DNA of 63,430 nt, the filler included, from Corallochytrium limacisporum Hawaii (Eukaryota; Protista; Pluriformea): NCBI GenBank assembly GCA_002811645.1. It is 6 parts of 6 records of this genome, joined end to end, with 100 filler letters (N's around TTAATTAATTAA, not from the genome) between each part and the next. Parts side by side here need not be neighbours in the genome. Positions count along the whole stretch, not along the records: positions 30,739 to 47,566 come from PDIP01000171.1; 5 more parts are not named here. The stretch is one strand, 5' to 3'. Of the stretch, positions 33,701-46,200 are shown piece by piece. A program made the translations under genes and the position numbers. Under the pieces are notes generated by a model, which saw nothing but the letters and a program-made list of their open reading frames with translations, was not told where the DNA came from and ran no database searches. The first letter of the stretch is position 1. Each line of letters starts with the position of its first letter.

Positions 33701-36700
33701 CTAGTTCGGACGAGGTTTCGGTTTCTCTCATTTGCAAGTGACGTCTTTGTTTGTTGTGGTGACGAAGATCTTGGCTTACTCACAGGCCTAACATCTGTCA
33801 GACGAATATTTGGTGACGGCGCCGACAGTAGCGATGACCGGTCTGTGGCAATAGGCTGCGTTACCCTAGAAAAGCGGTGGAATAACCCTCTGGGAGGACA
33901 TGAAATTGAGTCATTAAGTCATGCCTCCTGGTACGTCCGAAGCTCAAACTATGAGGAATGGCCTCTCAGATGTCTGTGCAATGACACTAAGGAGGTGCAG
34001 AATGACGAACACGGACCCAGACCCTGATCTCTGCCATCGGCTGAAAAATCTTGGATCCCAGAAATTGGTGGTCAAATCGACACATACCCATCACTTAGAA
34101 ATCAAATGTATACAGAATTCATTACTAGTTGTTATCAAAGACTTGGTCATCTGATGTGTGCCCCATGGTAAAGATTGTCAATGATTCAGCCAACGCCTAT
34201 CATGTCTACCCTTGTTCAACCACATGGGGGCGGCCATATTTTGAGGAGTAACAACCCAACCCAACCCCCCCTCCCGGCGGCCACACCGGATCCCCCTCGT
34301 CGAAATCCACGACAGAGCCTACTGTCAAATACATAGTGAAACTACAGACAAAATTCGGCAGATTGGTTATATTTAGAAGTCCATGAGAGAAATTCGGTGA
34401 AGATGATGATTTGTATAGGTCGATTGGAAGTTTCTCACACTTGCTTTGAAGGGCCCCCAAGCAACCTCGAGCACCGCCAACCTTCTCCAACGCCACACAC
34501 GACACACCAGGAACATCCTTGCTCAGACATTATTGTCTTGCAACGGTCCGTCTGTTGGACAGATGGCATTGCACACGGACCATAAAGTGGGTCAAATCCA
34601 TTGCTGTTCGTACTTGGATGGCAGTTGGCGGAGTGCACATGTGCTCCTTACTCACCAATTCGTGGGCGAATCGCCCGGCACCCTCTTCCACAAGTGCCAT
34701 CCATGACTAGTAGCAGCAATAGGAGAAACTGCTTGTATGTTTTTCTATTTTCGAATCCTTGTTATTTGCCGAACCGCATGACATCACCCATGTCCTCCTG
34801 CGTGGTACTATCGAGGGGTTTGGGACAGCGCGCCTTAACAGTAGCAAGAGCAGCGCAAGGAAGGCGAGAGATGCAAAATTGGAGGAAAGCTGCCACGGCG
34901 TTCGTTCAAATAGAATACTAAGAGCAGTGGCGGTATGATCTCTCCCCGCCCACGCACGCCCGGAGCGCGAGTGCAGGTGAAGAGCCGTGAAGCATTAATC
35001 CAGACTTTGTGCTGTTTGGACGTCGGCAGTTAATAGTAATGCCTTATGCCCCACAGGCCGCGCCGTACACAAATCATGTAACGGGTTGTTTGTCAGTGGT
35101 GTTTCACGCTCCATCTTTCCAAGCCCGCATGCACTCTTGCAATGCTTCCACGAAAAAACGAGGGGATTCCGTGATCCTTAAACATTGTGGTAGTGTTGTG
35201 AGCGGTTCGGGAAGTCACTGTTTTAGTAATCAAATTTCATGGTATTTTTCTCGTAGGGTTTGTGTGTCCTTGATCTTCTTCTTGTTGGTGGAGCTCCCGC
35301 TAGTGGTGGCACGATCGATGTCGGCAGTTTTTGACGTAAATGTAACTCCGCTGCCCGGAAGGGGCAGTTAGTAGGTCTTACACTCATTTCATTCAAGATC
35401 TCCTTTTCTTACAGTATTGAATGTATTGATATATTAAACTAAGCAGTGAGTGATTGGATAATTAGATTGACTCGGTGAAATAAAATTGAGGTCTTTGGGT
35501 CCGTATTTGTTCAACAGCTCGCTCCCAAACCACGCATGACAAGAGCAGAGCGTTCCTCCTCACACCGGACACCTCGTTGCGGTACTGTGCGTACTTGATA
35601 AATAGACCCGGAGTGAAAGAAAGCAGCCAATCCCGTCGCTCGCGCAAAGCTCCGGCAGAGCAGAGCGCCCACTGTGTGAAGCCCCCACCGCCGTGCCCGT
35701 TGTTTTTGTTTACGTCTTGCCGGCCAGTAGAATACAAGATTCGGTCCTTCCGCATGCGCGCGCCCTTTGAACCTTTCAGAAATTCTATCCATATTCTATG
35801 GGATTCGAACCGAAGGGCAGGCGCCGGCGGAATCCCTCAAGAGAAGAATCTTGAGAGAACCTGTGCGTCAGTGAGGAGCGAGGACCGTACCGTGCGCGAC
35901 CGCAAGGTACATTGAGAATGTATAATCTTAGCGAAGTGAAAGCCGGAACACAACAGTAAAATATCAAGAGGGGAAGAACACGGAAAATCGCACAATGGAA
36001 AACCCTCCAAGATACGTAGATTGAGATGGAGATCATCGGTCTGGGGTTGGCGGGGAGAACAGGACTTGGTGTGACAACAACCCCGCCACACCTGAGGTCA
36101 TACATAACCTATGGTGAGTCAGATTTCACTATTCGGCGGCGGGGTCGTACGGGAATGGGCCCCGGTCTTGGTCCACAACACATCACAACTACACACACTA
36201 AAGGTTGGACATGCTCCGTCTGTCTCCCACTGGAAGGGATGGGGAAGGATGGGGAAGGTCAGGTCGCGATTAAGTACTATCTATATTGACTGATGACGTT
36301 CACACTCCCAAAATACCGTCCGCACATCGGGCTCACAGATTCGTGCGGAGAAAGATAGTTGTGCAAATCACTCACCACATACTCACAGAGAGTTTGAGGA
36401 AAGGGAGCGAGTAAATGATCGATGTTCGGGAGCCTTGTCAGGTACCCGATATCATGAGATGCGGACGGGAGGGACACACAGGTTCAACACCTGCTGTGGA
36501 CGGTCCAGATATGCACACACCATGCACACCATATGGTCCCTTGATCCTGCACTACTAACTTTTCTAACATCTTCTCAAGATGTAGAGGTCACATCTTCCC
36601 ATACTCATCAGATTTAAATGTACTTGAAACAGTGTTGACCGCACATCGATGTAGTGGTGGGAGGCCAGATTGCCCAGCGGACCGAGAACGAGAGCGTGTG

Positions 36701-37643
36701 CCAGAGTGACAGGAGGTGGCTGGTTGGCCAGAAACCATAAGGCAAGTGAGCCGCCCAATAAGTTAGGAAGCAACGAAACAAATGGAAAGGAAAAAGAGGT
36801 GAGAACGAAAACAAGGAAAACCCCCCGAGGATTATGGGCCGGTAGGGCCGAGAACAAGCGGGCCGGGGCCGGGGCTTCCGGGACACTCGGGCAAAGAGCA
36901 CGGACCGGGACTCCCAGGGCCCCGATTTCATCGCTATTTTTCGCGCACTTATCACGCGCGTAAGTTCGAAGCTACCTACTTGTTCTACACCGAGTGTGAA
37001 AAAAATGTTTGAAAAGTGAAAGAGTCGAAGGAGAGAGACGCCAGCCAGGTGACCGGTATTGTTTTTTTTGTTCTACGCCGGAACTTAATTGGAAGGCGCT
37101 AATACAGTTTGCAGCGAATATCTGTATGTATAATAAGTGTATTGAATATGGTCCATGAGGGCTCCACCATCGGTGTGAAACCCGGGGTGAAGCCATCCCC
37201 GGTGCGAGATCTATGGAACTTTGGCAGGGGGGAAAAGGGGGAAAAAGCCATCTGAGTCTGGAGTGCTGGTAGTGTCAAATCTGAATGTGACTTGGGACAT
37301 GGAAGACACCACTCCTGTGTTAATTTGCTTTCTCTGGTATCTTCTTTCTTTTGATTCGGAGAGAGTGACTCCAGTGGGCGATTTCAAGCACATCGATGGC
37401 ATTCATTTACGTACACGCGAAGGTAGTTGGAGCAAACAGATATTTGTGAAGTGTGTTGGATCTTTTACGGCTCCCCGATATCAACGGACACACACACAGT
37501 TTTTCACGGCTCTCAGGGCGCTTAAGAATCATTAGGGTACTGTTACTCTATCAGAGCTTTACCGCAGAGACAGCCTGTCCCTAACAAGGCAATTTAGTTC
37601 TACGTCTTCAGCAACTTCCACGCGAGGGAAAGAAACAGTAACA

Positions 37644-38249
37644 ATGCTGTACCAACAGCTGGTATTGGCTGTAGTAGCCATCGCCGGTGCGTTCGGTGCT
37701 TCTTGCGATCTGATCGTTGACAGCAAGGGATGGACCAAGTGCAGCAATATCTTCGAGCCCAAAACGAAAATCCTTCATGAAGTCGGACACAATGATTACG
37801 AGGGTGAAATGTGGCTGAATGTGGCTGGTCCCATTCAAGCCAAGTTCCAGAACCGTGGACTTTGTAACTTCTTTGGGCTTCACGAACTCCGCTTCCCACT
37901 GGAGGGACAAATCGACCTTAGTATGACCGACCCAGACTATTGTGAAAGCGGCAATGAGGTCGGACAGAAAGACCATACCATTCGGTACCGGTGCAAGGAT
38001 CGCAAGCGCAATTTGAAAATCCATGTGGAAGGACCCGACCACGCTTCCCCTGTTCGTCTCGAGTTCAACTCTCCATGGTACTCTGGCAATTGGGGGTCCG
38101 TGCTGTACGACGTTCGCTCCAACCGTGGTCAAAAGGGACCAAAACCAAGCTGGAAAGTCATGTCTGACAACGCCTTCTGCCGCGTGAAACCGACCGGTGG
38201 AGATTTTGGCGAAACTGAACCTCCCATGGATGTGGCTAGCGTGAGCTAA
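37644..38249 (+). CDS. Hypothetical secreted protein (signal peptide, 6 Cys)
   Basis: 201-aa ORF. N-terminal signal-like MLYQQLVLAVVAIAGAFGA, start context GTAACAATG and gene-like codon usage. No family recognised. Confidence 0.7.
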   Translation: MLYQQLVLAVVAIAGAFGASCDLIVDSKGWTKCSNIFEPKTKILHEVGHNDYEGEMWLNVAGPIQAKFQNRGLCNFFGLHELRFPLEGQIDLSMTDPDYCESGNEVGQKDHTIRYRCKDRKRNLKIHVEGPDHASPVRLEFNSPWYSGNWGSVLYDVRSNRGQKGPKPSWKVMSDNAFCRVKPTGGDFGETEPPMDVASVS

Positions 38250-38920
38250 AGGTTTTGGTATTGTACTACAAATCAACATTTTGACGGGATCACCCTCACT
38301 ATCATCAAACCATCTCGCATATGCACACAGCAAAACATCTGTTGCAGATTTCGAGCGGCGAAATTGGGACAAGCAGTTCGATTTATGAAAGAAAGACATG
38401 GCACCGGGAAATATGCTTCTGTTGATCGGAAGATGGCATATCATCTGAATGTGTTCATTGTGCCCGCTAGCGGCATGGTCTAGCACAATCGTTGCTCAAG
38501 ATATGCCAGTATCCAGTCTCTCTCATAGTCCCATTTCGTTTCTGTATCTTTACAGCATCCACACAAGTTTGCCACCAATTACGTTCATTTCAGCATATTC
38601 CTATTATTAAGACACAGTAAAAGTGGACCGAGGACGTGTCACAGCGGATCCTTTGTCCATGACAGAAAGGGTGTAAAGTACGGACAGTTGACAATTAGAA
38701 GATCCATAATGATTCTACGAATTTATCTAGTATTGTCGGACTAAGATTTGGCATGGATATGCGTTCTTCAAGATGACATTCCCATCACATCTTCGATGCG
38801 CCAAGCACAACCATCCTAGTCGACGAGAGCCGCTGCAAAATGTCTGCAGCTCATGCTGAACGAAGAGCAGAGCGCGAGTAGGATTAGCCAAGGGGAAAGC
38901 AATTGGTGAAGGATTGTCTG

Positions 38921-39421
38921 TTAGGGGCATGCGTCGGTGAAGTTAGCTACCCTATAGGACAGCGTGCACTGATAGCCATTCGCGATAAATTCTACTTCAT
39001 ACTCGTACCACCGATCGGGATATATGCCCCAGGTCCATAGCAAGTCCTGAGTTTCATCAATCAGAGAGGGTCCGTTCTCTCCTGCCTTCAGCAGCTGCCG
39101 GGCCTTAGGAGGCGCATCGTAGCGGACATCAAATTGCAAGGAAATTTCAAGATCCTCGTCGAGAGTGCAGCTATTCGAGGCACTCACACTGTCAGTGGCC
39201 TCTGTGAGACCGATTGTCCCCGTCACTGTGGAGACTAGGGTCCCGCAGTTGCTAGTAGAGGGGCCTTCGCAATTGGTGTGGTAGAGCTCATAGGTCTGTT
39301 CACGACAGGGATCACTTTGTCCTCCTGTCTCCCTAGGTTCAAATGTTCTTGCAGTGGACATCATGGGAGTGGAAAGAGCCAAGAGGCCCAAAGCAGCGAA
39401 AGCAGCACTGTTGTAGTTCAT
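38921..39421 (-). CDS. Hypothetical secreted protein (signal peptide, 6 Cys)
   Basis: 166-aa ORF. Signal-like MNYNSAAFAALGLLALSTPMMSTA and start context GATAAACATG. No family recognised. Confidence 0.68.
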   Translation of the reverse strand: MNYNSAAFAALGLLALSTPMMSTARTFEPRETGGQSDPCREQTYELYHTNCEGPSTSNCGTLVSTVTGTIGLTEATDSVSASNSCTLDEDLEISLQFDVRYDAPPKARQLLKAGENGPSLIDETQDLLWTWGIYPDRWYEYEVEFIANGYQCTLSYRVANFTDACP

Positions 39422-40971
39422 GTTTATCTAAATGATGTGGCGCACCGATTTCAATTGATGCTGATCTTCGAACTTCAGTAAAAATTACCTGTGGACATAA
39501 ATACCCTAGCGCTACTTTACGACTGCTACTCTTTTACAGCCCTCGTGACAGTTTATCTTGGTATGCACAGGCACTCATGTCAATTGCGTGGGTGGTACCC
39601 GTGGAGTTCTGCTGCCACAATGCCTTCGATCCTACACTGTCCCCTCGAGGAATGCGTTTACAATATCCTAGATGACATTGTGCCCAAGACCTTGCAAAGC
39701 CCCCACAAACAATGAAGTCCGTTGTATGTGCCACGACAGCATTTCTCGATCTAGTTTTTGTGGATCAAGGGTACTTCATCGGTGTTGACTCCTGCTGTCC
39801 ACGAGGAAAAGCTTTTCCCCCTCTGCTCCCCCTGTCCCTCGGTGACCCGTGGCTTCCGCTGTGAACCGATAAAAACAAAAGGGCCCCGGCCTGTCCAAAA
39901 CCCCCCTTCTCCTACCCGGGGGCCTCCTTCCTCTCTCTTCGCTGGCCGGGTGATTTAAGGCCGGTTCTTTGGGCTCGGACGTGAAGCAGGTTCCCTTCCC
40001 TTCCCCGCTGAAACACGCGAATGGAGGAGTTCTTGAACCGGTACCCGACTGGGAGCAGTGCGTGCAGGAATGTGACAATTTTCTGGGAGGCCTTTCTGAG
40101 TGTCACCTTGCCCCCTCGTTCCTAACCCCCCCCCAACCTCTCCTCATCCGCACAACCCAAACCACCCTTCTTGCACAGTGGTACCCGATCTGGTATACAC
40201 CACCGGTAACGAAAATGCGCAACGGGGAGCGCCTTCCCTCGATGCTCTCACCCTGCCTCACTTGCATTTTCGAATTAACGCCACCCCCCCCCCCGCCCCC
40301 GGGGTCCCCGGACAGAGCTGCCTCCCGACCTAGTCTCCAACCAGATAAATTTTAGGAAATTTTCAAGCGATGTATGCCCCCCGGGGCCACAGGAGTGTCG
40401 CTTTAGAGCCAGAGGCGTAGGAAGTAGGCGAAGTTTCCGGCAGATTGTAGCACAATGAGTATGGCTGTTGTAGGCTTTGTAGATGTCAGCGGTCCGGCGA
40501 CGTAGGCATCTCCACTACAAGGTAAGCAGAGATCAAAGGAATGTCCCTAAGTTTGCCGAGTTCTGGACCCTACGTAGTTGATCATGGACCCAAATCACCA
40601 TAGGTGTCGCCGAAAGTAGACAATTGATCCCTTGCCATGGTTCTGGAACAGAAATCGTGCCTTCCCTTGCAGTTAGGGCTACCATGGAATGTCCGATTTT
40701 CATGGGCACGGAGAACCCCACGGCTGCCAAGTTTTATTTTTGGATTCCAACCTTTCTACCATGTGCTTAAACTGTACGTAAACCCAGGTCGTCGATCCAG
40801 TGATTATCGCGCACCACTTGTAAAGGGGAATGTGGCGCAACTACGGTTGGTCGATTAAATACTCTACTGTATATGAATGAAAACCCCTGCATCGGGTAGG
40901 TCAACCTCGCCCAGGATATCTGCTTGCATGCTCCACCGCAGCAACAGGATAAGTTCGGTGGAATACAGAGC

Positions 40972-42432
40972 TCACGAACCGTTATCAAGTTTGGGACGTT
41001 TGGTGATTGTTGCCGGATCACGCGGCAGTCCCGTGCCAATGATGCAATTCAGCGTCACCAGGGACTCTAGTTGCTCTTCAGTCCACCCATCCGTGCCTGC
41101 TGGGCGCTCTGGCAGCACCATATATCGCAATTCTGAGGTGGAGTCATGCACACGGACTTTCTTTGATTCCGGAATGTCGACGCCGAAGAGTTCCCGCAGC
41201 ACGCGCCGCGGTTCCAGGACGGCCCTCGCTCGATAGCTACGGCTCTTGTACCATGACGGTGGCATTCCCAGCAACCACAATGGATAGCATGAACACAGGG
41301 TGCAAACAACAATGTTATGAACGTCAGGCGTATTCTCCAAGCAGGTGAGTTTCGTCATTGGTTCGGGGTCCGACTTGATCAGGTCAAGTTTCAAGCATGC
41401 CTCCAAGGGATCACGGAGTAGAAGATCCTTGAACGCTGGATCCGTCCAGGCCCGGGCCACCAACTTCTTACTGATGGCCTTCTCACCAGCGTTGTTAATG
41501 GGCTCGAGGGCCTCTGCAATTTCCGCCGCAGTAATGATTCCCTTTTCGTCGCAGAGCCTAAGTATAGTGCGGGCCAGGAGAGCCAGGGGACGGTCCAGAA
41601 GATTGTCGTTGTCAGTCTCACGGGCCAGGGCAGTGGTTTCCACGTCCGCTCGCCCCTCGTGTTTGTGATCCCCATGATCGGCACCGTCATGCCGGTGTTC
41701 ATGTGTCACGAACTCAGTGCTGTCTTCCGGCTTCATTTGGACGCTGTTCACTCCTTTCTCTCCCTCCGCTCGCGGTACTAGCCAATTCTGATAGATTTCC
41801 ACATCGATGGTGTCGTCCGCGTTGCGTTCGTTCTTGATACCGGGTGGTGTCCAGACTTCCTTCATCACGAAGCGTACTCGATACATGGGCATCTTGCCCT
41901 CCACACCGAACCACTCCGCCTGCGGATCATTCCACTCTCCGCAGTACCGTTCGATCACACCGGGGCAGCCAAATATGTAGCCCGGAGTCCGGACGTGTGG
42001 GACTCGCCAGCGCGTACGAAAATCTTCCTGCCGGACCATCACCTCATCACCGACTTTAAACTTTGGCGATTCGTTCGTGGCGACCCCCGATAGTTCGGAC
42101 AAGGGTCCCATGCCTTCGTTGATCTCTTCTTGAGTCAGGACACCTTTCTCAACGAACATTCTGGCGGCAGCAGCTGCCCATTTCTCGTAGTAGGTTACAC
42201 GATTGTACACATCAGGGTGGAAGGTTTCGATAATACGACGCAACTCACTCACGCGGGAGAAGCCCTTCATGACGATACACATCATCAATGCGTGTGTGCG
42301 TCGCTCCCAATCCGAAAATTCATGGGTCGCTGCGAACTCAATCATCTTCTTGAGGTCTTCTTCCTCTTTGAGCGCATCATTGCCGCCAACATCGTGTTGG
42401 CCAAGGGCGCCAATTCGACCTGTGGTAGACAT
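40972..42432 (-). CDS. Nitrile hydratase, fused beta+alpha subunits, cobalt-type motif
   Basis: 486 aa. N-terminal beta subunit (HDVGG, ELRRIIE, YYEKW, KFKVGD.V, HVRTPGYIFG..GVI), His-rich linker THEHRHDGADHGDHKH and C-terminal alpha subunit (VARAWTDPAFK, VVCTLCSCYP, PPSWYKS, VHDSTSELRYMVLPERP). Thr and Tyr in CTLCSCY indicate Co-type. Confidence 0.95.
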   Translation of the reverse strand: MSTTGRIGALGQHDVGGNDALKEEEDLKKMIEFAATHEFSDWERRTHALMMCIVMKGFSRVSELRRIIETFHPDVYNRVTYYEKWAAAAARMFVEKGVLTQEEINEGMGPLSELSGVATNESPKFKVGDEVMVRQEDFRTRWRVPHVRTPGYIFGCPGVIERYCGEWNDPQAEWFGVEGKMPMYRVRFVMKEVWTPPGIKNERNADDTIDVEIYQNWLVPRAEGEKGVNSVQMKPEDSTEFVTHEHRHDGADHGDHKHEGRADVETTALARETDNDNLLDRPLALLARTILRLCDEKGIITAAEIAEALEPINNAGEKAISKKLVARAWTDPAFKDLLLRDPLEACLKLDLIKSDPEPMTKLTCLENTPDVHNIVVCTLCSCYPLWLLGMPPSWYKSRSYRARAVLEPRRVLRELFGVDIPESKKVRVHDSTSELRYMVLPERPAGTDGWTEEQLESLVTLNCIIGTGLPRDPATITKRPKLDNGS

Positions 42433-43286
42433 TGAGAGATAAAATTACAGCCCGTACTATTTCTACAGAATAGCGGTTAAGGGAACCGTGTTCAACCGCA
42501 AGGAAGAGGTCAGTTGTATCTTCGTTCCCTCTTCCCAACATGGATCTCATAGGTTTCTTCAATCGCATCGGCCATTGAACAGCTGATCACGCCCGTTCCC
42601 TAGCGTATGACATGGATTTCTTGACTACTACTACGCAGTCCACTTCGGGATGTGGCTGCTCGAATTTCTCGGTTGGTTTGCACCTGTTTCTCTTGTTGGT
42701 GTCCTCCGGCACAGCAAAACTGGAAAATAAGCGCCACAGAAAAGCTGCCGCTGCCGTTTCTCTCGAATGTGACTGAGTGTTCACCTATCCTGCGTACATT
42801 AATAATGCAGCAGCGACGCATTTGGTGCGGTACTGGCAGCTATAAACTGGAATCTGATTATCTATTGGCGAAACCCAGTCTTTCTGGGTAACTCTTGTTG
42901 ATCGGTGCGCATCCAGATCTTGGTGTGAGAGATTCACTCAGGTTGGTTTCCAAAGCTCACCGCGCAGTGAATGCCCACGGGGAGAGCCCAATATTTACCG
43001 TAAACATTTCTTTACACTTGGCCTGCACCTTCCCCAGTGCAATCAGATATGGGCGGTAGGAATATTGATCAACTTTCTTATTTTTTTATGGGTCCGGTGG
43101 CAATTGGACGGAGTTAGGGGTCAGCGAACGCCACCCCCTTTCCCTGCCAAGTGTCCTCGCCATGCAACAGCTTGGGCAGGAGGTTCTCACAGTTTGTGAG
43201 CAACAAATCGCGTTCCAAGAAAGTAATAGTAGGTACGCAAACCTCCGTCTACGATTCTTAAGCTTACTGCGAAATCTGCAAGCAAA

Positions 43287-46200
43287 CTAGCAGCAGTTAC
43301 TACCGGGCTTCACTTCCTTATCCTCGCGAGAACTTGGCATGGTACTGGAACAGCAGTCACCATCAGGCTTAGCTGCCGCACACTTGGGAACACTCGGCGG
43401 AGCACCGGAACAGCAGTCAGTATCGGGCTTGGCTTCTCCAGACTTGGGAGGACTGGAACAGCAGTCTCCGTCAGGCTTACCTCCCCCACACATCGAAGCA
43501 CTTTGTGTTGTTCCACTGGGACAGGGGTCGCCACTGGAGCTAGCTCCCCTACACGAAGAAGGAGTTAACATGTCCATGGAACAGCAGTCATCATTAGGTC
43601 CACCACAATTGGGAGGTCTTGGCGTGGGACTTGAGGAGATCGACAGGTATGATGTAGGGGTGATCATTCTACTGTACAGGTTTTCATCACGATCTGGAAC
43701 GTGGTATAAGTAACGGAACAGCAGAGCAGAAATCCACATACTCACATCGCTAGCAGCCATAGCCAAGCCGGCAACCCATGCGGGCAAAAGTAGACCTGTG
43801 GCGACAAAGAAGATACCCGCAGCAAGCGGAATAGCAAGAATATTGTAACCGAACGCCCAAACAAGGTTAAAAAGGATGAGAGAATAGGTCTTACGGCTAA
43901 TGTCCACAGCAGTAACAATGTCGGCCAAGTCGCTCTTCATGAGAACAATGTCTGCGGTTTCAATGGCGACATCAGTGCCGGCTCCGATTGCAATGCCGAC
44001 ATCCGCCTGCGCCAATGCTGGTGAGTCGTTTACGCCGTCTCCTACCATTGCCACGGTTTTGCCCATCTCTTGCAATTCGTTCACCTTATTCCTCTTGTCC
44101 TCAGGCATCACCTCTGCGAAGACGTTCTCTATGCCAGCATGCTGGGCCACGGCGTGAGCAGTATGACGGTTGTCACCGGTGATCATCCAGATCTCAATAC
44201 CGAACTCTCTTAGCTTCGCAGCCACGGCAGCGCTCTCTTCACGAATGGTGTCCGCTGCAGCAATGATAACTGCAACCTCGCCATCGACAGCCATGAGCAT
44301 CACTGTCTTACCCCCCTGTTCCAGTTGGATCATCTTGTTTTCAATTTCCTTTGAGACATTGACGTCCATTTCGCGCATAAATCTGCGATTACCGATACGC
44401 ACAACCGCCCCGCTGAAACTGCCTTGAATACCACGGCCGGCAAGGGCATCGAAGTCATTTATGCAGTCAATGCCGACACGAACAGCATCCTGGTTTCGAC
44501 AATACTCTGCGATCGCCTGGCCAAGAGGATGCTCGCTACCAGCCTCTAGTGAGCCAGCAGCTTCAAACAGGAAAGTGTCATTTTCATGTGAGACTTTGCC
44601 ACCTTTGTCATCAGCGTGACATTTTACCTTGATCCAGTCTGTCACCTCGAGTTTGCCGTACGTGAGTGTGCCAGTTTTGTCGAAAATAAGTGCATCGATG
44701 CGATGGGTGTTCTCGAGGGGTTCGCCACCGCGGATCAGTATCCCTTCCCTTGCTGACAATGATGTTCCAACCATAATGGCGATAGGAACTGCCACACCGA
44801 GGGCACAGGGACATGCTACTACCAGCACAGAGATGAAGAACAACAGCGAAAAGGAAAATGGGTCCAAGTCGTGAGGCAACGAATCTAAGATATAGAGCGC
44901 TGCCAAGAGCCAGACGACAAACGTGACAATAGCAATGGCAACCACGATGGGCACGAACACTGCGCTGATCCTGTCGGCTATCTTGGCAATGGGCGCCCTG
45001 CTGCCTTGTGCTTCTTCGATCAGGCGCCTGATTTGGTTGATGGCCAAGTCATTACCAAGTGCTCCAATGCGCACCTGCAGGACACCTTCTCGATTGACAC
45101 TACCGCCTATCACTTGGGATCCTTTCTCCTTGAGGACAGGGATGGATTCACCGGTCATCATGGATTCGTCTACATGGCCGCTACCCCGTTGCACAACACC
45201 ATCGCTTGGCACCTTAGTACCAGGCAGCACCTTCACGATGTCGTTCAGCTGCAGAAGATCTACTGGAATGACTTCCTCGGAGATGACCGCCGCTGTCCTG
45301 GGATCCATATGTAAGAGAATGGCTTCCTTCGCTCCGAGTTCCATCAGTTTGCTGATCGCATTACCCGCATTATCCCGGGCACGTACCTCGAGGTACTTAC
45401 CCAGTCCCACAAACATAATGATAAAAACCGATGTCTCAAAGTACTCCTCCACTGTGTAAGAATCGTTGACGGCGCCAAGGATAACAGAGACGATTGAATA
45501 AAAATAAGCCGCGCTGGAACCCAATGCGATCAGCACGTCCATGTTCGCGTAGCCGTGCTTAAGGGCTACCCAAGCGCCGGTATAGAACTCACGGCCATAC
45601 CAAAATTGCACGGGGGTTGCCAAAAAGAATAAAAGCACCGTCTTCAATTCAAAGGGACCGATAGGGTGTTGGAGTTCTTCGCTTGTTTGAGGGATGTAGC
45701 CGAGGACCATAGAGATGATGAAAACGGGAATAGCAAGTGACCATCCAATTATTTGCTCCCTAGACTGTCTTCTACGTTCTGCTACACGTATCGCAGCTTT
45801 GCGTTCCGCTTTCTGGTCCTTACTTAGGCTAACTGTGAGTAAACAGTCGTGGTCCTTTTCCTTGGCCATTGGGGATTGCAGGGCTTGCAGGATGTCTCGG
45901 CCTCCAACAATCATTGGTTTGTACACTACCTCCAGCGCATTCTCCATTTTCTGCATACTCTTGCCATCGTCTGAACCTTGCAAGACACGGAAGCTGGAGA
46001 TGCCCTCCATGTTTCCTAAACACTGCTGAATGTGGGACAATGCAACAGATCTGACAGCAGGGTCAGAGCTGCGCAGTTCCTCTACATCGTAAATGACGAC
46101 ACAATCATCGGCACTGGGAGCAACCTCACCTCGATAGCCCATTTCTTGAAAGGCGGCCAAAATCAGCTGTGAGTCAGTGTCATGAACCACAATGACCTTC

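Noticed and set aside
37608-38486. 292-aa minus-strand ORF
   Set aside because: It is antisense to the signal-peptide ORF 37644-38249, which has the better start context and architecture.
43347-43589. Spaced 12-nt direct repeats resembling a CRISPR-like array
   Set aside because: The spacing is irregular (60, 48 and 123 nt) and fully explained by the coding DCCS repeats of the ATPase tail.
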